A DNA stretch of 63,394 bases, the filler included. It is 7 parts of 7 records of this genome, joined end to end, with 100 filler letters (N's around TTAATTAATTAA, not from the genome) between each part and the next. Parts side by side here need not be neighbours in the genome. Positions count along the whole stretch, not along the records: positions 1 to 7,438 come from SRR20825010_46; positions 7,539 to 14,268 come from SRR20825010_56; 5 more parts are not named here. One strand, written 5' to 3'. How positions within the stretch are numbered: position 1 is the first letter of the stretch; every line of letters starts with the position of its first letter. The position numbers were made by a program, and so were the translations under genes. Below the pieces are notes generated by a model. It saw nothing but the letters and a program-made list of their open reading frames with translations, was not told where the DNA came from and made no database searches. Of this stretch, positions 1 through 10,521 are shown piece by piece.

Positions 1-109
1 CCAAAAGGGCCCGGGCCTGCGGGTTGGCCGCCTCGATGCTTTCGTCGCGTCGGATCACCAACGCCGGTAGCGGCACCGCATCAACAAAGGCGGCAATAAA
101 CTCCGGCAT
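1..109 (-). CDS. phoR: Probable PhoR sensor histidine kinase, 5' fragment (runs off window)
   Basis: Manual translation from ATG at 109 gives MPEFIAAFVDAVPLPALVIRRDESIEAANPQARALL, a PAS-type N-terminus resembling roseobacter PhoR. The context next to gamma-CA/gmk fits. Only 36 codons are visible. Confidence 0.55.
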   Translation of the reverse strand, partial: MPEFIAAFVDAVPLPALVIRRDESIEAANPQARALL

Positions 110-110
110 C

Positions 111-221
111 TCAGGCCACCACCGTCGTGGAGACGATACGGCGCGCCATACTGATGGCGCATGTGACCTGGGCCACCGGCCCCCATCCGCCCACGCGCGG
201 CGGGCATGTCATGGCCATCAT
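111..221 (-). CDS. Possible 36-aa small protein upstream of phoR
   Basis: ORF MMAMTCPPRVGGWGPVAQVTCAISMARRIVSTTVVA, preceded by GGAGATGAG. The stop is 1 nt before the phoR ATG. Confidence 0.25.
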   Translation of the reverse strand: MMAMTCPPRVGGWGPVAQVTCAISMARRIVSTTVVA

Positions 222-433
222 CTCATCTCCACAGGTATTGTCATTTGCGACGGCTGCTTAGCGGATCGCCGCCAGACGGTCGATAGGAATGATCCTGCCC
301 GATTCGACCGGTCGTTCCGTTCTGACCGGCATCCGACACAATTCAAAACTATGAATGACCGTCTTCGAATGTGATAATTCATTACCAGCACCGCGTTACG
401 AAATTTGGTTGAACGGCCAGGGATAAGAAAGAC

Positions 434-952
434 ATGGACGGAACCAGACCATTTCACGGCGAGCTTTCTGCCGAACAGATCAAGAAAGACTCTGTGCCAG
501 AAGCTGTGGCGATCTATCAGGACACCATCGACGCGATCAAGGCACACTTCTGGACCCGCGATTGGGACGCGCTGCTGTCCTTCATTGCAATTCCCAACCG
601 GATCAGCGCGCTGGATGCCGCGCGGGTGTTCAATTCCCATAAAGAATGGCTGAACGTCACCCGCGCCGCGCGGACCTGTTTCGCGGATCAGGGCGTGACC
701 GAATATCACCGCATCTGCGGCGGTGCCTTCTTCACGGACGCCGATAAACATGAGATCACCGGGTTTCACGAAACCTATATCCTGCGCGGATCTGCCTTGG
801 CCGCGCCAAGGTTCAAAGGATACATGCAGATGGTTTTGCGCGATGGCCGCTGGCAGTCGGCAGGGCTGCACACAGATCAGCGTGACACGGTGTTTCCGAC
901 CATCTACGCAGACCGTCTGGTGCCCGCCATGGACCCGCGACCAACGCCCTAA
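434..952 (+). CDS. Hypothetical protein, possibly NTF2/SnoaL-like fold
   Basis: 172-aa ORF with AAGAAAG upstream. Helix-then-strand pattern ending in MVLRDGRWQ. Converges on the gamma-CA gene with a 4-bp overlap. Confidence 0.65.
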   Translation: MDGTRPFHGELSAEQIKKDSVPEAVAIYQDTIDAIKAHFWTRDWDALLSFIAIPNRISALDAARVFNSHKEWLNVTRAARTCFADQGVTEYHRICGGAFFTDADKHEITGFHETYILRGSALAAPRFKGYMQMVLRDGRWQSAGLHTDQRDTVFPTIYADRLVPAMDPRPTP

Positions 953-1470
953 AGCACCGTCAGCCCGGCGGCAAAGCGGGCGGCGTTCGCCTGATACCCC
1001 AGTGCCGATTTGCGCAGCCCTTCGATGGCGGCCTCGTCCAGTTGGCGCACCACCTTGCCGGGCATTCCCATCACCAGACTGCCGTCGGGGATTTCTTTGC
1101 CCTCTGTGATCAGTGCGCCTGCGCCGATCAGGCAATTCTTGCCGACCTTCGCGCCGTTCAGGATGGTCGCCCCCATGCCGATCAGCGTGTTGTCCCCGAT
1201 GATGCAGCCGTGCAGCATGACCTTATGCCCGATGGTACAGCCTTTGCCGATCACCAACGGATAGCCCATGTCAGTATGACAGACCGTGTTTTCCTGCACG
1301 TTGGACCCTTCGCCGACGCGAATTTCCTCATTGTCGCCGCGCAGCGTGCTGCCAAACCAGACCGAGGCGCGCGCCTCCAGCACCACCTTTCCGATCAGGT
1401 TGGCGTCCGGCGCGGCCCATGCGTCCGCTGCCAGATCCGGCGCGATTCCGTCCAATGCGTACAACGTCAT
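949..1470 (-). CDS. Gamma carbonic anhydrase family protein (hexapeptide repeat)
   Basis: [22 protein letters not shown] and GHKVMLHGC motifs, with left-handed beta-helix repeats. Confidence 0.95.
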   Translation of the reverse strand: MTLYALDGIAPDLAADAWAAPDANLIGKVVLEARASVWFGSTLRGDNEEIRVGEGSNVQENTVCHTDMGYPLVIGKGCTIGHKVMLHGCIIGDNTLIGMGATILNGAKVGKNCLIGAGALITEGKEIPDGSLVMGMPGKVVRQLDEAAIEGLRKSALGYQANAARFAAGLTVL

Positions 1471-2117
1471 GATAGTTCCTCAAATTCAGTTTGAAGGCTT
1501 CGGACATGATCCAGCAGCCCGGGCTGTTGGGTGCGTCGCAGGCGCGCCGCGGTAACCACGCTTTTCAGCCGCGCCTCGGTCTCGTCCAGATCCTCGTTCA
1601 CCAGGACAAAGTCATAAGAGCCCCAATGGCTGATCTCATCCCAACTTTTCTGCATGCGCTTGTCGATCACTTCAACGTCGTCCTGCGCCCGGGATTCCAG
1701 CCGCCGCTTGAGTTCAGCAATCGACGGCGGCAACAGGAAAATCGACAGCGTGTGCAGCGCCAGTTCTGAATTGGTCATCTGCTGCGCGCCTTGCCAGTCG
1801 ATGTCGAACAGCACATCCTTGCCCGCGATGATCGCATCGCGCACCGGCCCCTTGGGCGAGCCGTAGAAATTGCCAAAGACATGGGCATGTTCCAGCATCT
1901 CGCCGTGACTGACCGCTTTCCTGAAATCCAACTCACTCATGAAATGGTAGTCTTCGCCGTCGACTTCGCCGTCCCGTGGCGGGCGCGTCGTGGCAGAGAC
2001 CGAAAAGACGATCGACGGATCCCAGGCGCGCAGCCGCCGCGCCAGTGTGGATTTCCCCGCGCCTGAGGGCGAGGACAGGATAATCAGCAATCCGCGTCTT
2101 GTTGTGGTCAGGGTCAT
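1467..2117 (-). CDS. gmk: Guanylate kinase
   Basis: P-loop [36 protein letters not shown] and DIDWQGA motifs. Confidence 0.98.
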   Translation of the reverse strand: MTLTTTRRGLLIILSSPSGAGKSTLARRLRAWDPSIVFSVSATTRPPRDGEVDGEDYHFMSELDFRKAVSHGEMLEHAHVFGNFYGSPKGPVRDAIIAGKDVLFDIDWQGAQQMTNSELALHTLSIFLLPPSIAELKRRLESRAQDDVEVIDKRMQKSWDEISHWGSYDFVLVNEDLDETEARLKSVVTAARLRRTQQPGLLDHVRSLQTEFEELS

Positions 2118-2124
2118 GTCGGGG

Positions 2125-3015
2125 TCACTCCACGTTCTGGACCTGTTCGCGCATCTGGTCGATCACGGTTTTCAGCGCCAGCCCGATCTGGGTCAGCCGC
2201 GCATCGCCGGATTTCGAGCATAACGTATTGGCCTCGCGGTTGAATTCCTGCATCAGGAAATCGAACTTGCGGCCCACCGCGCCCTCGGCCGCCAGCAGAT
2301 CGCGCGCGGCGGCGATATGGGCCCGCAGCCGGTCGATTTCCTCGGTGATGTCGGATTTCACGGCGATCACCGCCAGTTCCTGCGCGATGCGCGCCTCGTC
2401 CACGCCATCCGTATTGGCCATCACGCGGGCCAGTTGTTCACGCAGACGGTCGGCCTGTTGCGGCTGGCGGTCGGCCACCGCCCGGGTGGCGTCGTCAACC
2501 AGCGTTGTGATCTCGTCCAGTTGCCCGGTCAGGATGGCGCTCAACGCCGCGCCTTCGGATTGGCGCATGGCGACGAAATCGGACAGAGCCCCGTCGAAAT
2601 CCGCCAGCAGCGCGGCGGCCAGCGCGACCGGCTCTGCCTCTGGTGCCTCGGTTGTCAGCACCCCGCGCAATCCGACGATTTCTGCCGCCGTCGAGGGCGC
2701 CAGAGACAGCCCCTCGGCCATGGCGTCCGCCTCGATCCGGTGCATCGCGGCCAGAACGGCGGCCAGTTGCGCCTCATCCAAACGCAGCCCGGCGTCGCCC
2801 TCATCCGCCGCAAGTTTCAGCGAGATTTGCAGGTTGCCGCGCTTGAGCACTGCCGCGCAGCGGGCCCGCACTCCGGCCTCCAGCCCGTCGATCCCGTCGG
2901 GCATCCGCAACCGCAGGTCCAGCCCCTTGCCGTTGACACCGCGCAATTCCCAGACCCAGTTGCGGCCAAGTCCCTGTCCGCTCCGGCTTGCAAAGCCCGT
3001 CATAGATTGGCGCAT
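2125..3015 (-). CDS. yicC: YicC/YloC family endoribonuclease
   Basis: Starts MRQSMTGF, contains [22 protein letters not shown] and ends MREQVQNVE. Conserved yicC-gmk synteny. Confidence 0.96.
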   Translation of the reverse strand: MRQSMTGFASRSGQGLGRNWVWELRGVNGKGLDLRLRMPDGIDGLEAGVRARCAAVLKRGNLQISLKLAADEGDAGLRLDEAQLAAVLAAMHRIEADAMAEGLSLAPSTAAEIVGLRGVLTTEAPEAEPVALAAALLADFDGALSDFVAMRQSEGAALSAILTGQLDEITTLVDDATRAVADRQPQQADRLREQLARVMANTDGVDEARIAQELAVIAVKSDITEEIDRLRAHIAAARDLLAAEGAVGRKFDFLMQEFNREANTLCSKSGDARLTQIGLALKTVIDQMREQVQNVE

Positions 3016-3179
3016 CTCGCCCCCTCCGCCGTCTTTCGCCCCGAGGTATCGGCAGACGCAGCCGGGCGCAAGTCGCGGTCAAGGAACATGCGGTCCGTTA
3101 ACCTTCGCCAAAGAATTGGGACGAATTTGAAACGAACCTCTGCTAGTAAGGATTTAGTAACCTCAATTAAGCAGGCTGG

Positions 3180-3935
3180 ATGGCAAACGCGCCTTACCAA
3201 GCCGCTACGGACGACGGGAGTTTTGGCATGTTGGGCAAAGGTGGCAAAGACAAGGGCATCGTTTCCATGACGGAACGCGAAAGGATGCGGCGGATGGCCC
3301 CCCTGCGGCAGGTCGAGGCCTATTGGCACGGGCTGTGCGCGGCGGACGAGGTGCCGATGCGCAGCCAGATTGACCCGCGCGGCATGGAAGATGCGCTGGA
3401 AAACGCCTTTTTGATGGAACGGATTGCGCCCAGCATGGCCAAGATCCGCGTGGCGGGCACCCATCTGAACGACATCATGGGGATGCAGATTGCCGGGATG
3501 CCGCTGTCGTGCCTGATTGCCCCGCCGGATCGTGAACGCTTTGGCGAGGCGGTGACGCGGCTGTTTGCCGATCCGGCCATCGTGCGGCTGGATCTGGCCG
3601 CCGAGGGTGGTTTTGGCAAACCCGACCTTGAGGCGCACATGATCCTTTTGCCGCTGCGGTCCGATTTCGGCGACCAGACCCGTGCTTTGGGCGCGCTGAT
3701 CAGCCATGGTCGCATCGGCCGCACCCCGCGCCGCTTTACCCTGCGCCATATCGAGGTGACGGCGGCGCTGTCGGGCACGGTCGTTACACCGGCCCCGACA
3801 CAGCCCGCGTCGGCCGACGCCCCAGTGATGCGAAAAAAACCAGCCGCCGATGGGCCACGCACTGCGCCGCCGACTTCGGTTTCAGCCTCTGGCGACGTGA
3901 AGAGTCACCTGCGGTTGGTGATAAGCAACGACTGA
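3180..3935 (+). CDS. PAS domain protein (PAS_5/DUF1457 type)
   Basis: EAYWHGL...PMRSQIDPRGMEDALENAFLMER...RVAGTHL is typical of this alphaproteobacterial family. C-terminal HLRLV motif. Start is uncertain (3180 or 3268). Confidence 0.85.
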   Translation: MANAPYQAATDDGSFGMLGKGGKDKGIVSMTERERMRRMAPLRQVEAYWHGLCAADEVPMRSQIDPRGMEDALENAFLMERIAPSMAKIRVAGTHLNDIMGMQIAGMPLSCLIAPPDRERFGEAVTRLFADPAIVRLDLAAEGGFGKPDLEAHMILLPLRSDFGDQTRALGALISHGRIGRTPRRFTLRHIEVTAALSGTVVTPAPTQPASADAPVMRKKPAADGPRTAPPTSVSASGDVKSHLRLVISND

Positions 3936-4010
3936 CCGAGCCAATCCTGACAAGGAGGGACAGGCAGGCGCTGATGCACAAATTGCTTGATTTCGGTTCT
4001 TCAGAACCTG

Positions 4011-4844
4011 TCAAAGAAAAATTGAAACTCCTGCCCAAATGGTGCTGAGAAGACCGGCAGCTGTCGAAGCCGTCTCCGTGGCATCGCAGGCAGCCTTTAA
4101 CTTGTCATAGGTTTTCCGCAGAGCCGATTTGTCTGGCTCAGACTTTTTCAGTTCCGCTCGAAGGAGATTGAGCTCAGCGACCACGCCTTCTGCCCCTGCT
4201 CTATCCAGCTTGGCGCCCAACTCATTCATCGCTTCGTTGAATCCATTGGACAAAAACTGCAAATCGTTCGCGTCCAAACCATGATGATGAGTGAAATTCA
4301 CGGAAAAATCATAATTGTTCGTCGTATTGAAGGTGTTCTGGCTGTTGTCATTGATCTCACGATTGTCAACATTCACAGTGTACTGAACGCCTGAATTCGA
4401 TGAAGAAATCGCCTTGAAAATCACGTCGCGCAGTTTCTGAATGAACTCTCGATCCCGTGACCAAAGCAGAGATACAGCGCCGGCGTTCGTCTGAAGGCTA
4501 ACTCCAAACTCCCACACATATTTGTTGGGGCGCATTACACCCCGAATCGCAAAAAAAGCTGCCAGCGCCATCAAGATATACGCAAGATTCAAAATAACAA
4601 ACTCAGGCAAAAATGGTCTGAGGGAATAATATATGTATCCGGGAAACATATACTGCGACTTCGGGTATATCAGGCTGACGCAAAGAAGAACAAAGGCGAT
4701 ACCGAGGAATCTTTTGCGACGCGCTTTGTGTTTTTCGTCTGAAATGGGCCGCAGTACATGCCGCTCAACCATCGACGCAGACGCAACGTTTCGGGTCGGA
4801 ATGGATTGATTGTTATAGGTTATCGCATCATTCGTGATGTCCAT
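4011..4844 (-). CDS. Membrane protein, DUF6232-like, with C-terminal helical domain
   Basis: N-terminal beta region, two TM segments, then GVSLQTNAGAVSLLWSRDREFIQKLRDVI. Visibly AT-richer than the flanking genes. Confidence 0.6.
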   Translation of the reverse strand: MDITNDAITYNNQSIPTRNVASASMVERHVLRPISDEKHKARRKRFLGIAFVLLCVSLIYPKSQYMFPGYIYYSLRPFLPEFVILNLAYILMALAAFFAIRGVMRPNKYVWEFGVSLQTNAGAVSLLWSRDREFIQKLRDVIFKAISSSNSGVQYTVNVDNREINDNSQNTFNTTNNYDFSVNFTHHHGLDANDLQFLSNGFNEAMNELGAKLDRAGAEGVVAELNLLRAELKKSEPDKSALRKTYDKLKAACDATETASTAAGLLSTIWAGVSIFL

Positions 4845-5259
4845 CTTATCTCTCTTCTTACTCGCCTTCTGCCTTGATAATGCTTACGCGCAACGGATGG
4901 TCGCGACAGACGAATAGACGCTGTCCCGGCACCGCGCCCCGCTGATGTGTGTCGGTGATCCGCCCCTTGGCAAAGCACCACAGTCACTTGCGAACATCTT
5001 CAGCACCACTGCCTACGCCTCACGCCATCTGCCCTCAGCAGAGGAGATTCTGATAGTGGAATTTTTGGTATCTCTATCTATCGAGAATGCCAACTAAAGA
5101 TTGCACAATCAAACTTAAGTATGTCTCACCGCACGGGGCCACTGCACTGATCAGTCCAATTGCCTAACTTGCTTGTCTGTCAGAAAACCGAACATCTGGA
5201 CGAAGATGGTTGTGGGCATCGTCGTTGTGGTGGCGAGCGCAGATAGTCAGTTCTCACCT

Positions 5260-5560
5260 GAAAGCGATTTCCATTTGTCAAAATCGTCAGGGCGCGCGCG
5301 TTACTTAGCATCGAAATCGCCGCGAGGAGTTGCAGACTCATTCCCCGAACTTCTTGGCAACTTACAACTCTGCGGGCGGACTCGAGTCCCTCTGCGGCCT
5401 CACGTCCAACGATTAGATCTGCAAGATCTGGACATCCGAGCCGGCCCAACTCATCCTTAACCCGCGTCACCAGTTTACCGGACCCGAACTCCTCGGCCAA
5501 ACAGGACAAATTTTTCAGCCCGTTCTGATTACGAAAAGGCCCTGTCCCTACACTAATGAC
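5260..5560 (-). pseudogene. Possible decayed MarR-family regulator remnant
   Basis: Minus-strand peptide KNLSCLAEEFGSGKLVTRVKDELGR...GREAAEGLESARR resembles a MarR winged helix. Divergent from the RibD pseudogene. Boundaries are approximate. Confidence 0.25.
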
Positions 5561-5647
5561 CAGACAAGGAGTGCCCTGCCGGTGATCAACTAAGCCAACC
5601 GCACAATCGCCTTCGTGTGTGTAGGAGTTTTTTTTGAGGAGCATGCA

Positions 5648-6143
5648 ATGCACCTCATCGCATATAATGTGACCGTCTCTGTTGACGGTTTTATTTCCGG
5701 CCACAATGGGGACATTTCGAACTTTGCGCACAGTGGCCCGATATTCTGTCGCAATCATGGGACGAAACACCTATGAATTTGGCTATCGCTTTGGCATGCC
5801 CCCCGGCCAGAACCCTTATCCCCATTTAAGAACTGTCGTTTTGTCAAAATCTCTGAACCTTCCTGAAGAGAGCGAGGTGGAGCTACGCAAGACATGTGAC
5901 CTCGCTTTCCTTACGACTCTCAAGGCAACTTCTGATGGTCCAGTCCACCTCTTTGGCGGCGGGAATTTTGCAGGTGCGCTTTTGTCGATGGGAGCGATCG
6001 ATCTTTTGCGCCTATAGCGCGCGCCAATTCTACTGGGCGGCGGGGTCACGCTATTTGGAAGGACAAAGGTTTCTGCAAACCTCAGCCACATCCGGTCCCA
6101 CATGTATCCGTGCGGCTATGTGCTACAAGAGTTCGCTCTATAG
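5648..6143 (+). pseudogene. Dihydrofolate reductase/RibD C-terminal family pseudogene
   Basis: GAGGAG then ATG at 5648 gives MHLIAYNVTVSVDGFISG. A frameshift near 5740 leads into MGRNTYEFG...GGGNFAG. An in-frame TAG at 6015-6017 is followed by RAPILLGGGVTLF, and the final stop is at 6143. Confidence 0.85.
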
Positions 6144-6190
6144 GATTAAGTCGGCCCACTTGGACGCATTTTGCCAAATTACCCAATAGA

Positions 6191-6226
6191 AAAAACGCCC
6201 CGGCAGTTCCCTGCAGGGGCGCTTTT
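6191..6226 (-). terminator. Rho-independent terminator after DAHP synthase (possibly bidirectional)
   Basis: AAAAACGCCCCGGCAG-TTCC-CTGCAGGGGCGCTTTT hairpin. Confidence 0.7.
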
Positions 6227-6249
6227 CATTTCTCAGCGATCCGCCAACC

Positions 6250-7438
6250 TCAGGCGCTGGCCGCCTCTGCCGCCTTGGCGCGGCGGGCCACCAGTTCTTC
6301 GGCCACGAGAAAGGCCAGTTCCAACGACTGCGAGGCGTTCAGGCGCGGGTCGCAGGCGGTGTGATAGCGGTCCGACAGATCCTCATCGGTGACTTCGCGC
6401 ACGCCGCCGGTGCATTCGGTCACGTCCAGACCCGTCATCTCGAAGTGCACGCCGCCGGGAATGGTGCCCTCGGCCTCATGCACGCCAAAGAACTCACGCA
6501 CTTCTCGCAGGATCAAATCGAAGGGACGTGTCTTGTAGCCGGAGGCCGATTTGATGACGTTGCCATGCATCGGATCGCAGACCCATGTCACCTTGGCGCC
6601 CTCTTCCTGCACGGCCTTGACCAGGGGCGGCAGTTTCTCACTCACCTTGCCCGCGCCAAAGCGTGCGATCAGTGTCAGCTTGCCCTCTTCGTTTTTGGGG
6701 TTCAGCTTGGCCATCAGGATCTTGAGATCCTCTGGCGTGGTGGTCGGGCCGCATTTCAGTCCAACCGGGTTCAGCACGCCGCGTGCGAATTCCACATGCG
6801 CGCCGTCCGGCTGCCGGGTGCGGTCGCCGATCCAAATCATGTGACCCGAGCCTGCCAGCCAGTTGCCAGAAGTCGAATCTTGGCGGCAAAGTGCCTCTTC
6901 GTATTCCAGCAACAGTGCCTCGTGGCTGGTGTAGAAGTCGACCGTGTGCAGCGTATGCGCCTGATCGCCGGTCACGCCTGCGGCGGTGAGGAAATCCAGT
7001 GCGTCCTGAATACGGGTCGACATCTCGCGGTAGCGCGCGGCCTTTTCGCTTTCGGTAAAGCCCAGCGTCCATTGATGGACCTTATGGACATCGGCGTAAC
7101 CGCCGGTCGAAAAGGCGCGCAGCAGGTTCAGCGTTGCGGCCGCCTGTGTGAAGGCCTGCAACATGTTGCGCGGATCAGGAATGCGCGCCTCGGGCGTAAA
7201 GGCAAGCTTGTTGATGATGTCGCCCCGGTAGCTGGGCAACTCGACGCCATCCTTGACCTCGGTCGGGGCGCTGCGCGGCTTGGCGAACTGCCCGGCCATG
7301 CGGCCCACCTTGACCACCGGAACTTTGGCCCCGTAGGTCAGCACCATCGCCATTTGCAGCATCACCTTAAAGGTGTCGCGGATCGCATCGGCCGAGAATT
7401 GTTCAAAACTTTCGGCGCAATCGCCGCCCTGCAACAGG
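6250..7438 (-). CDS. Class II DAHP synthase (5' truncated by contig end)
   Basis: [36 protein letters not shown] and [10 protein letters not shown] motifs. Confidence 0.97.
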
Positions 7439-7538
7439 NNNNNNNNNNNNNNNNNNNNNNNNNNNNNNNNNNNNNNNNNNNNTTAATTAATTAANNNNNN
7501 NNNNNNNNNNNNNNNNNNNNNNNNNNNNNNNNNNNNNN
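7439..7538. other. Artificial contig linker
   Basis: 44 N + TTAATTAATTAA (stops in all six frames) + 44 N, with an abrupt composition change across it. Confidence 0.99.
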
Positions 7539-7561
7539 ATTCGATTCCCGGTGGGATCACT
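7539..7561 (+). repeat. tRNA 3'-end-like att remnant (tRNA-Phe-like, tentative)
   Basis: ATTCGATTCCCGGTGGGATCACT has T-loop plus acceptor-strand geometry. It is followed by the hairpin/T-tract GCGTTAACT-TTCAATG-AGTTAGCGC-TTTTTTT. Confidence 0.6.
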
Positions 7562-7622
7562 AGAAGGCGTTAACTTTCAATGAGTTAGCGCTTTTTTTGT
7601 ACACTTTAGGGTAAAATGCTCC

Positions 7623-7826
7623 CTATCGATTGGTATTGTCCTCAATACGTTCAAGTAACTGAATCGTATTCTTCAACTGAGAATGGATATCATCTAAATC
7701 GTAAGTGTTTATTGGAATATTGGAAGTATTAGTTTCAGTCCCCGAAGTTGATGAAGCTGTCGCATCCACATTTTCTAAGATTTTCTCAAGCAATTCAATT
7801 ATTCTTTCGCCTTGTTCTTCTGACAT
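7623..7826 (-). CDS. Small hypothetical protein (67 aa)
   Basis: Amphipathic helical ORF with an A-rich Bacteroidota-type initiation region. Confidence 0.55.
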   Translation of the reverse strand: MSEEQGERIIELLEKILENVDATASSTSGTETNTSNIPINTYDLDDIHSQLKNTIQLLERIEDNTNR

Positions 7827-8091
7827 ATCTTTTTTCTTTAAAAATACTACAATTAGGATATTTCTTGCAAAGAGATTTCAGAATACCCTGAGTAAAAAAA
7901 CATGAGAAGTTTACTTAACAACAACATGCACCAATGCCGAGGAATGCTGCTATTTGCTTTTCTAACGTAATTTATTAAGGGCATCACTAACATTCATATG
8001 TTCAGGATATGGTTAGGATATGGTTAAAGTACAAGGATACCACTCTAATGTTGAGGGTGTGTACGCATTGAAGATTGTTCTGAAGCTTAAG

Positions 8092-9813
8092 TCATTCCTC
8101 ATCCGAAAAGAGACCATCTTTAACACCCATTTCATGATCGATTCTAATCGATAATCTTCGGTTTTTTGGCTTATTCTTAAAGACATTTTGGATATACTCA
8201 TCTCCAAAGTATTCATAATGGGCAGGGATTAAGTGTCGAAACACCTCTAAAGTTAAAAGCCTAACCTTATTTACAAGTTCAGTAAAATCTATGGTGTCCT
8301 CTCTCAATTTCCCAACTGGAAGATATTGGAAAACTTTATGTGCTACAATTCTATTTCCTGCTAAGGCTAGTGCATTTGCCTTTTGTCCATAGGATATTAT
8401 GTTTTTCTGTTTTAAAAGTTCTAAATCAACTATTCTCAATAGCTGAACTAATCTCCATAGGTATTGACCAGAAACCCCTTTATTAAAAAGTGTTATGTAT
8501 GGTGGTTTATCAATATCTAGCCAAAATTTGCCTATTTCGCCCTTAACCATAGCTGCATAGTCAATGTCCGGCTGTGCACATGCAAGAGCTGCAGTGGCTT
8601 CATGTAAATCGAATCCCTTGTTTATATCAGATATTTTCTCGCCAGTCTTAAAAACATATTGTATGTTGTCTAAAATGAGTTCTTTTCTAATTCTCTCTTG
8701 TTCAGGATCAAGGGCAGCAAAATCTTTATCAACAATACGATTCTGAGTATTTGTATATCGAGTTACTTCCTTCGCGTAAGAATCATCTGTTCCTTCTAGT
8801 TCGATGAACTTAACAAATACCCTAGCCTCAGAAACCTTATCTGGGAAATTCCTATAGGTTTCACCAATACATCCGAAGGTCTGGGCCCCATTAACAATTT
8901 GAGCATCGTACAAGTTGAAAATCCCAAAATCTTTGTTGTTGCTATGCCTCAGTGCTTTCTTTACTGACCTACATATTATTGTAATTCCGTTATTGAAATA
9001 CCAAAAATTTTCAGGTCTATTGGTTAGGGTTGTTTTAATATATGTGTTTACACCACTATCTCCTTTATACTTTCGAATATTTTTAATAAGTAGTCTCACG
9101 CCATACGACTTCCACCAACTGGCTACAGTGGCCGCTTCCACATGTCCATAAAATGAGCGAAACGGATCTATTTGTTGGCCCCAATAATTCAAGCCAATAT
9201 CGTGCAGATTAATCGGGTCACCATCGGCTGCTGACATTACTATCTCATATAATCGATTTTGATCTAGGATGGAATAATTGAGAGTGTCAGTTATATCGTT
9301 ATAACTCTGTCTGAGTTCCTCAAATCTGGTTTTGGATGCAGGATTAATGCTGTTTGCTCCTGTATGTGCAATAACCAATTCAATCTTATAATCATCTCCA
9401 TGGATCACATTTAAGATTTCGGTCTCACGAGACTTTATCTTTTCATTGAATTTGTCAAAATCACCCTGAACCAGTAGTTCAAACCCTTCGATGAATTTTA
9501 ATATATCAGATTGTGAAGGAGCACCGGTTCCTTTAGTAATGAACTTCGATTGAATCAGAAAAATCGTCTTTGCAGTTTTATCCACATTAATTGCATCTAA
9601 GCCGAAATCATCAAATCCATCGGTAATTGATTTAACAGCCTCCCTACAGGTACATTCGCATTTGGTCTTTATGTATAAAGCTGAAAGAGCCTTTGAATAG
9701 AAGTTTTTTAAGTCATCTTCCTTGCTAAGGTCGAGCTCAAATTCATTGAGCATACATTCTCGAAACGACTTCAAGAGCCTGTTTTCTATTCTCTTAACGT
9801 GTAATTGTGCCAT
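8092..9813 (-). CDS. AIPR family protein (abortive infection phage resistance)
   Basis: N-terminal nuclease-like DGFDDFGLDAI...IQSKF, and AIPR core motifs NIRKY, FWYFNNGITI, QIVNGAQT and TNTQNRI..DF. Confidence 0.92.
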   Translation of the reverse strand: MAQLHVKRIENRLLKSFRECMLNEFELDLSKEDDLKNFYSKALSALYIKTKCECTCREAVKSITDGFDDFGLDAINVDKTAKTIFLIQSKFITKGTGAPSQSDILKFIEGFELLVQGDFDKFNEKIKSRETEILNVIHGDDYKIELVIAHTGANSINPASKTRFEELRQSYNDITDTLNYSILDQNRLYEIVMSAADGDPINLHDIGLNYWGQQIDPFRSFYGHVEAATVASWWKSYGVRLLIKNIRKYKGDSGVNTYIKTTLTNRPENFWYFNNGITIICRSVKKALRHSNNKDFGIFNLYDAQIVNGAQTFGCIGETYRNFPDKVSEARVFVKFIELEGTDDSYAKEVTRYTNTQNRIVDKDFAALDPEQERIRKELILDNIQYVFKTGEKISDINKGFDLHEATAALACAQPDIDYAAMVKGEIGKFWLDIDKPPYITLFNKGVSGQYLWRLVQLLRIVDLELLKQKNIISYGQKANALALAGNRIVAHKVFQYLPVGKLREDTIDFTELVNKVRLLTLEVFRHLIPAHYEYFGDEYIQNVFKNKPKNRRLSIRIDHEMGVKDGLFSDEE

Positions 9814-9902
9814 TACTTAAAATGTAAACAAAGATTATTGGTGAATTGGCACCATTCTTCCGCTCCTTCTGACTTAATAATGGCACCCCAATTGGAATTC
9901 GA

Positions 9903-10493
9903 TTATTCATCATCAAACACAATTGATAAGTAAGTTTCTAGTTCAGTGCCTGAAAGGGCCAACTCTGGGATTTCTGATTGTTTAAGGCCCTCGATGAAAG
10001 TGTACGTATACCTTATTTCCATTAATACTTTACTCATTAGCGCCTTGTTTTCCTCTTCTTCGTCCATATTGTCCACAATTTCGATTACCCCTTTAAACTT
10101 TTCGATCATAAGACGAACGTTATCAATGCTTTCTGATTTTGTAGCAGCGTATATTCCTCTGTTGAAGGCTGTCAATGCATCGATTGTCCGTCCTTGCGCC
10201 ATAAAAGCATGCCCCTCGGCATTTCTAGCCATTGTAAGGGCATTGTAGGATTCGCGCTTTATATTTCTAGACTCTTGGTCGATTAGTATTTTGTACTCTT
10301 CATGAATTTCGCTTTTTAAGCTCTCCTTCAATTCTGCCTCCCTAATCCGTAGCTGCTTACGCTGCAGCCGATCTATTGCCAGAGGTACTGCAACCCCAAT
10401 TACCGCTGCAAGAATTCCCATTGTAGCTAATAATCGGTTGAACGCTTGATCATAGAAGGCATTGACTTTATCTAGTAATTCTATAGGATCCAT
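9903..10493 (-). CDS. Hypothetical membrane-anchored helical protein
   Basis: 196 aa with one N-terminal TM segment, a coiled coil and TPR-like helices. Confidence 0.75.
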   Translation of the reverse strand: MDPIELLDKVNAFYDQAFNRLLATMGILAAVIGVAVPLAIDRLQRKQLRIREAELKESLKSEIHEEYKILIDQESRNIKRESYNALTMARNAEGHAFMAQGRTIDALTAFNRGIYAATKSESIDNVRLMIEKFKGVIEIVDNMDEEEENKALMSKVLMEIRYTYTFIEGLKQSEIPELALSGTELETYLSIVFDDE

Positions 10494-10521
10494 TTTAAAC
10501 GCATTAATCGGTCAGAGGAAG

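Noticed and set aside
2099-3270. Long antisense ORFs (also 218-1135, 6361-7494, 20977-22056, 43950-45380)
   Set aside because: Shadow frames of real genes in GC-rich DNA, with no recognisable motifs.
7483-7494. TTAATTAATTAA repeated six times in the window
   Set aside because: Always centred in N44 blocks. It is a synthetic all-frame stop linker, not a biological repeat.
9881-9903. Minus-strand tRNA-3'-like string, also resembling a sigma54 TGGCAC-N5-TTG site
   Set aside because: It lacks invariant tRNA bases and the sigma54 -12 GC, and is too short to distinguish from chance.
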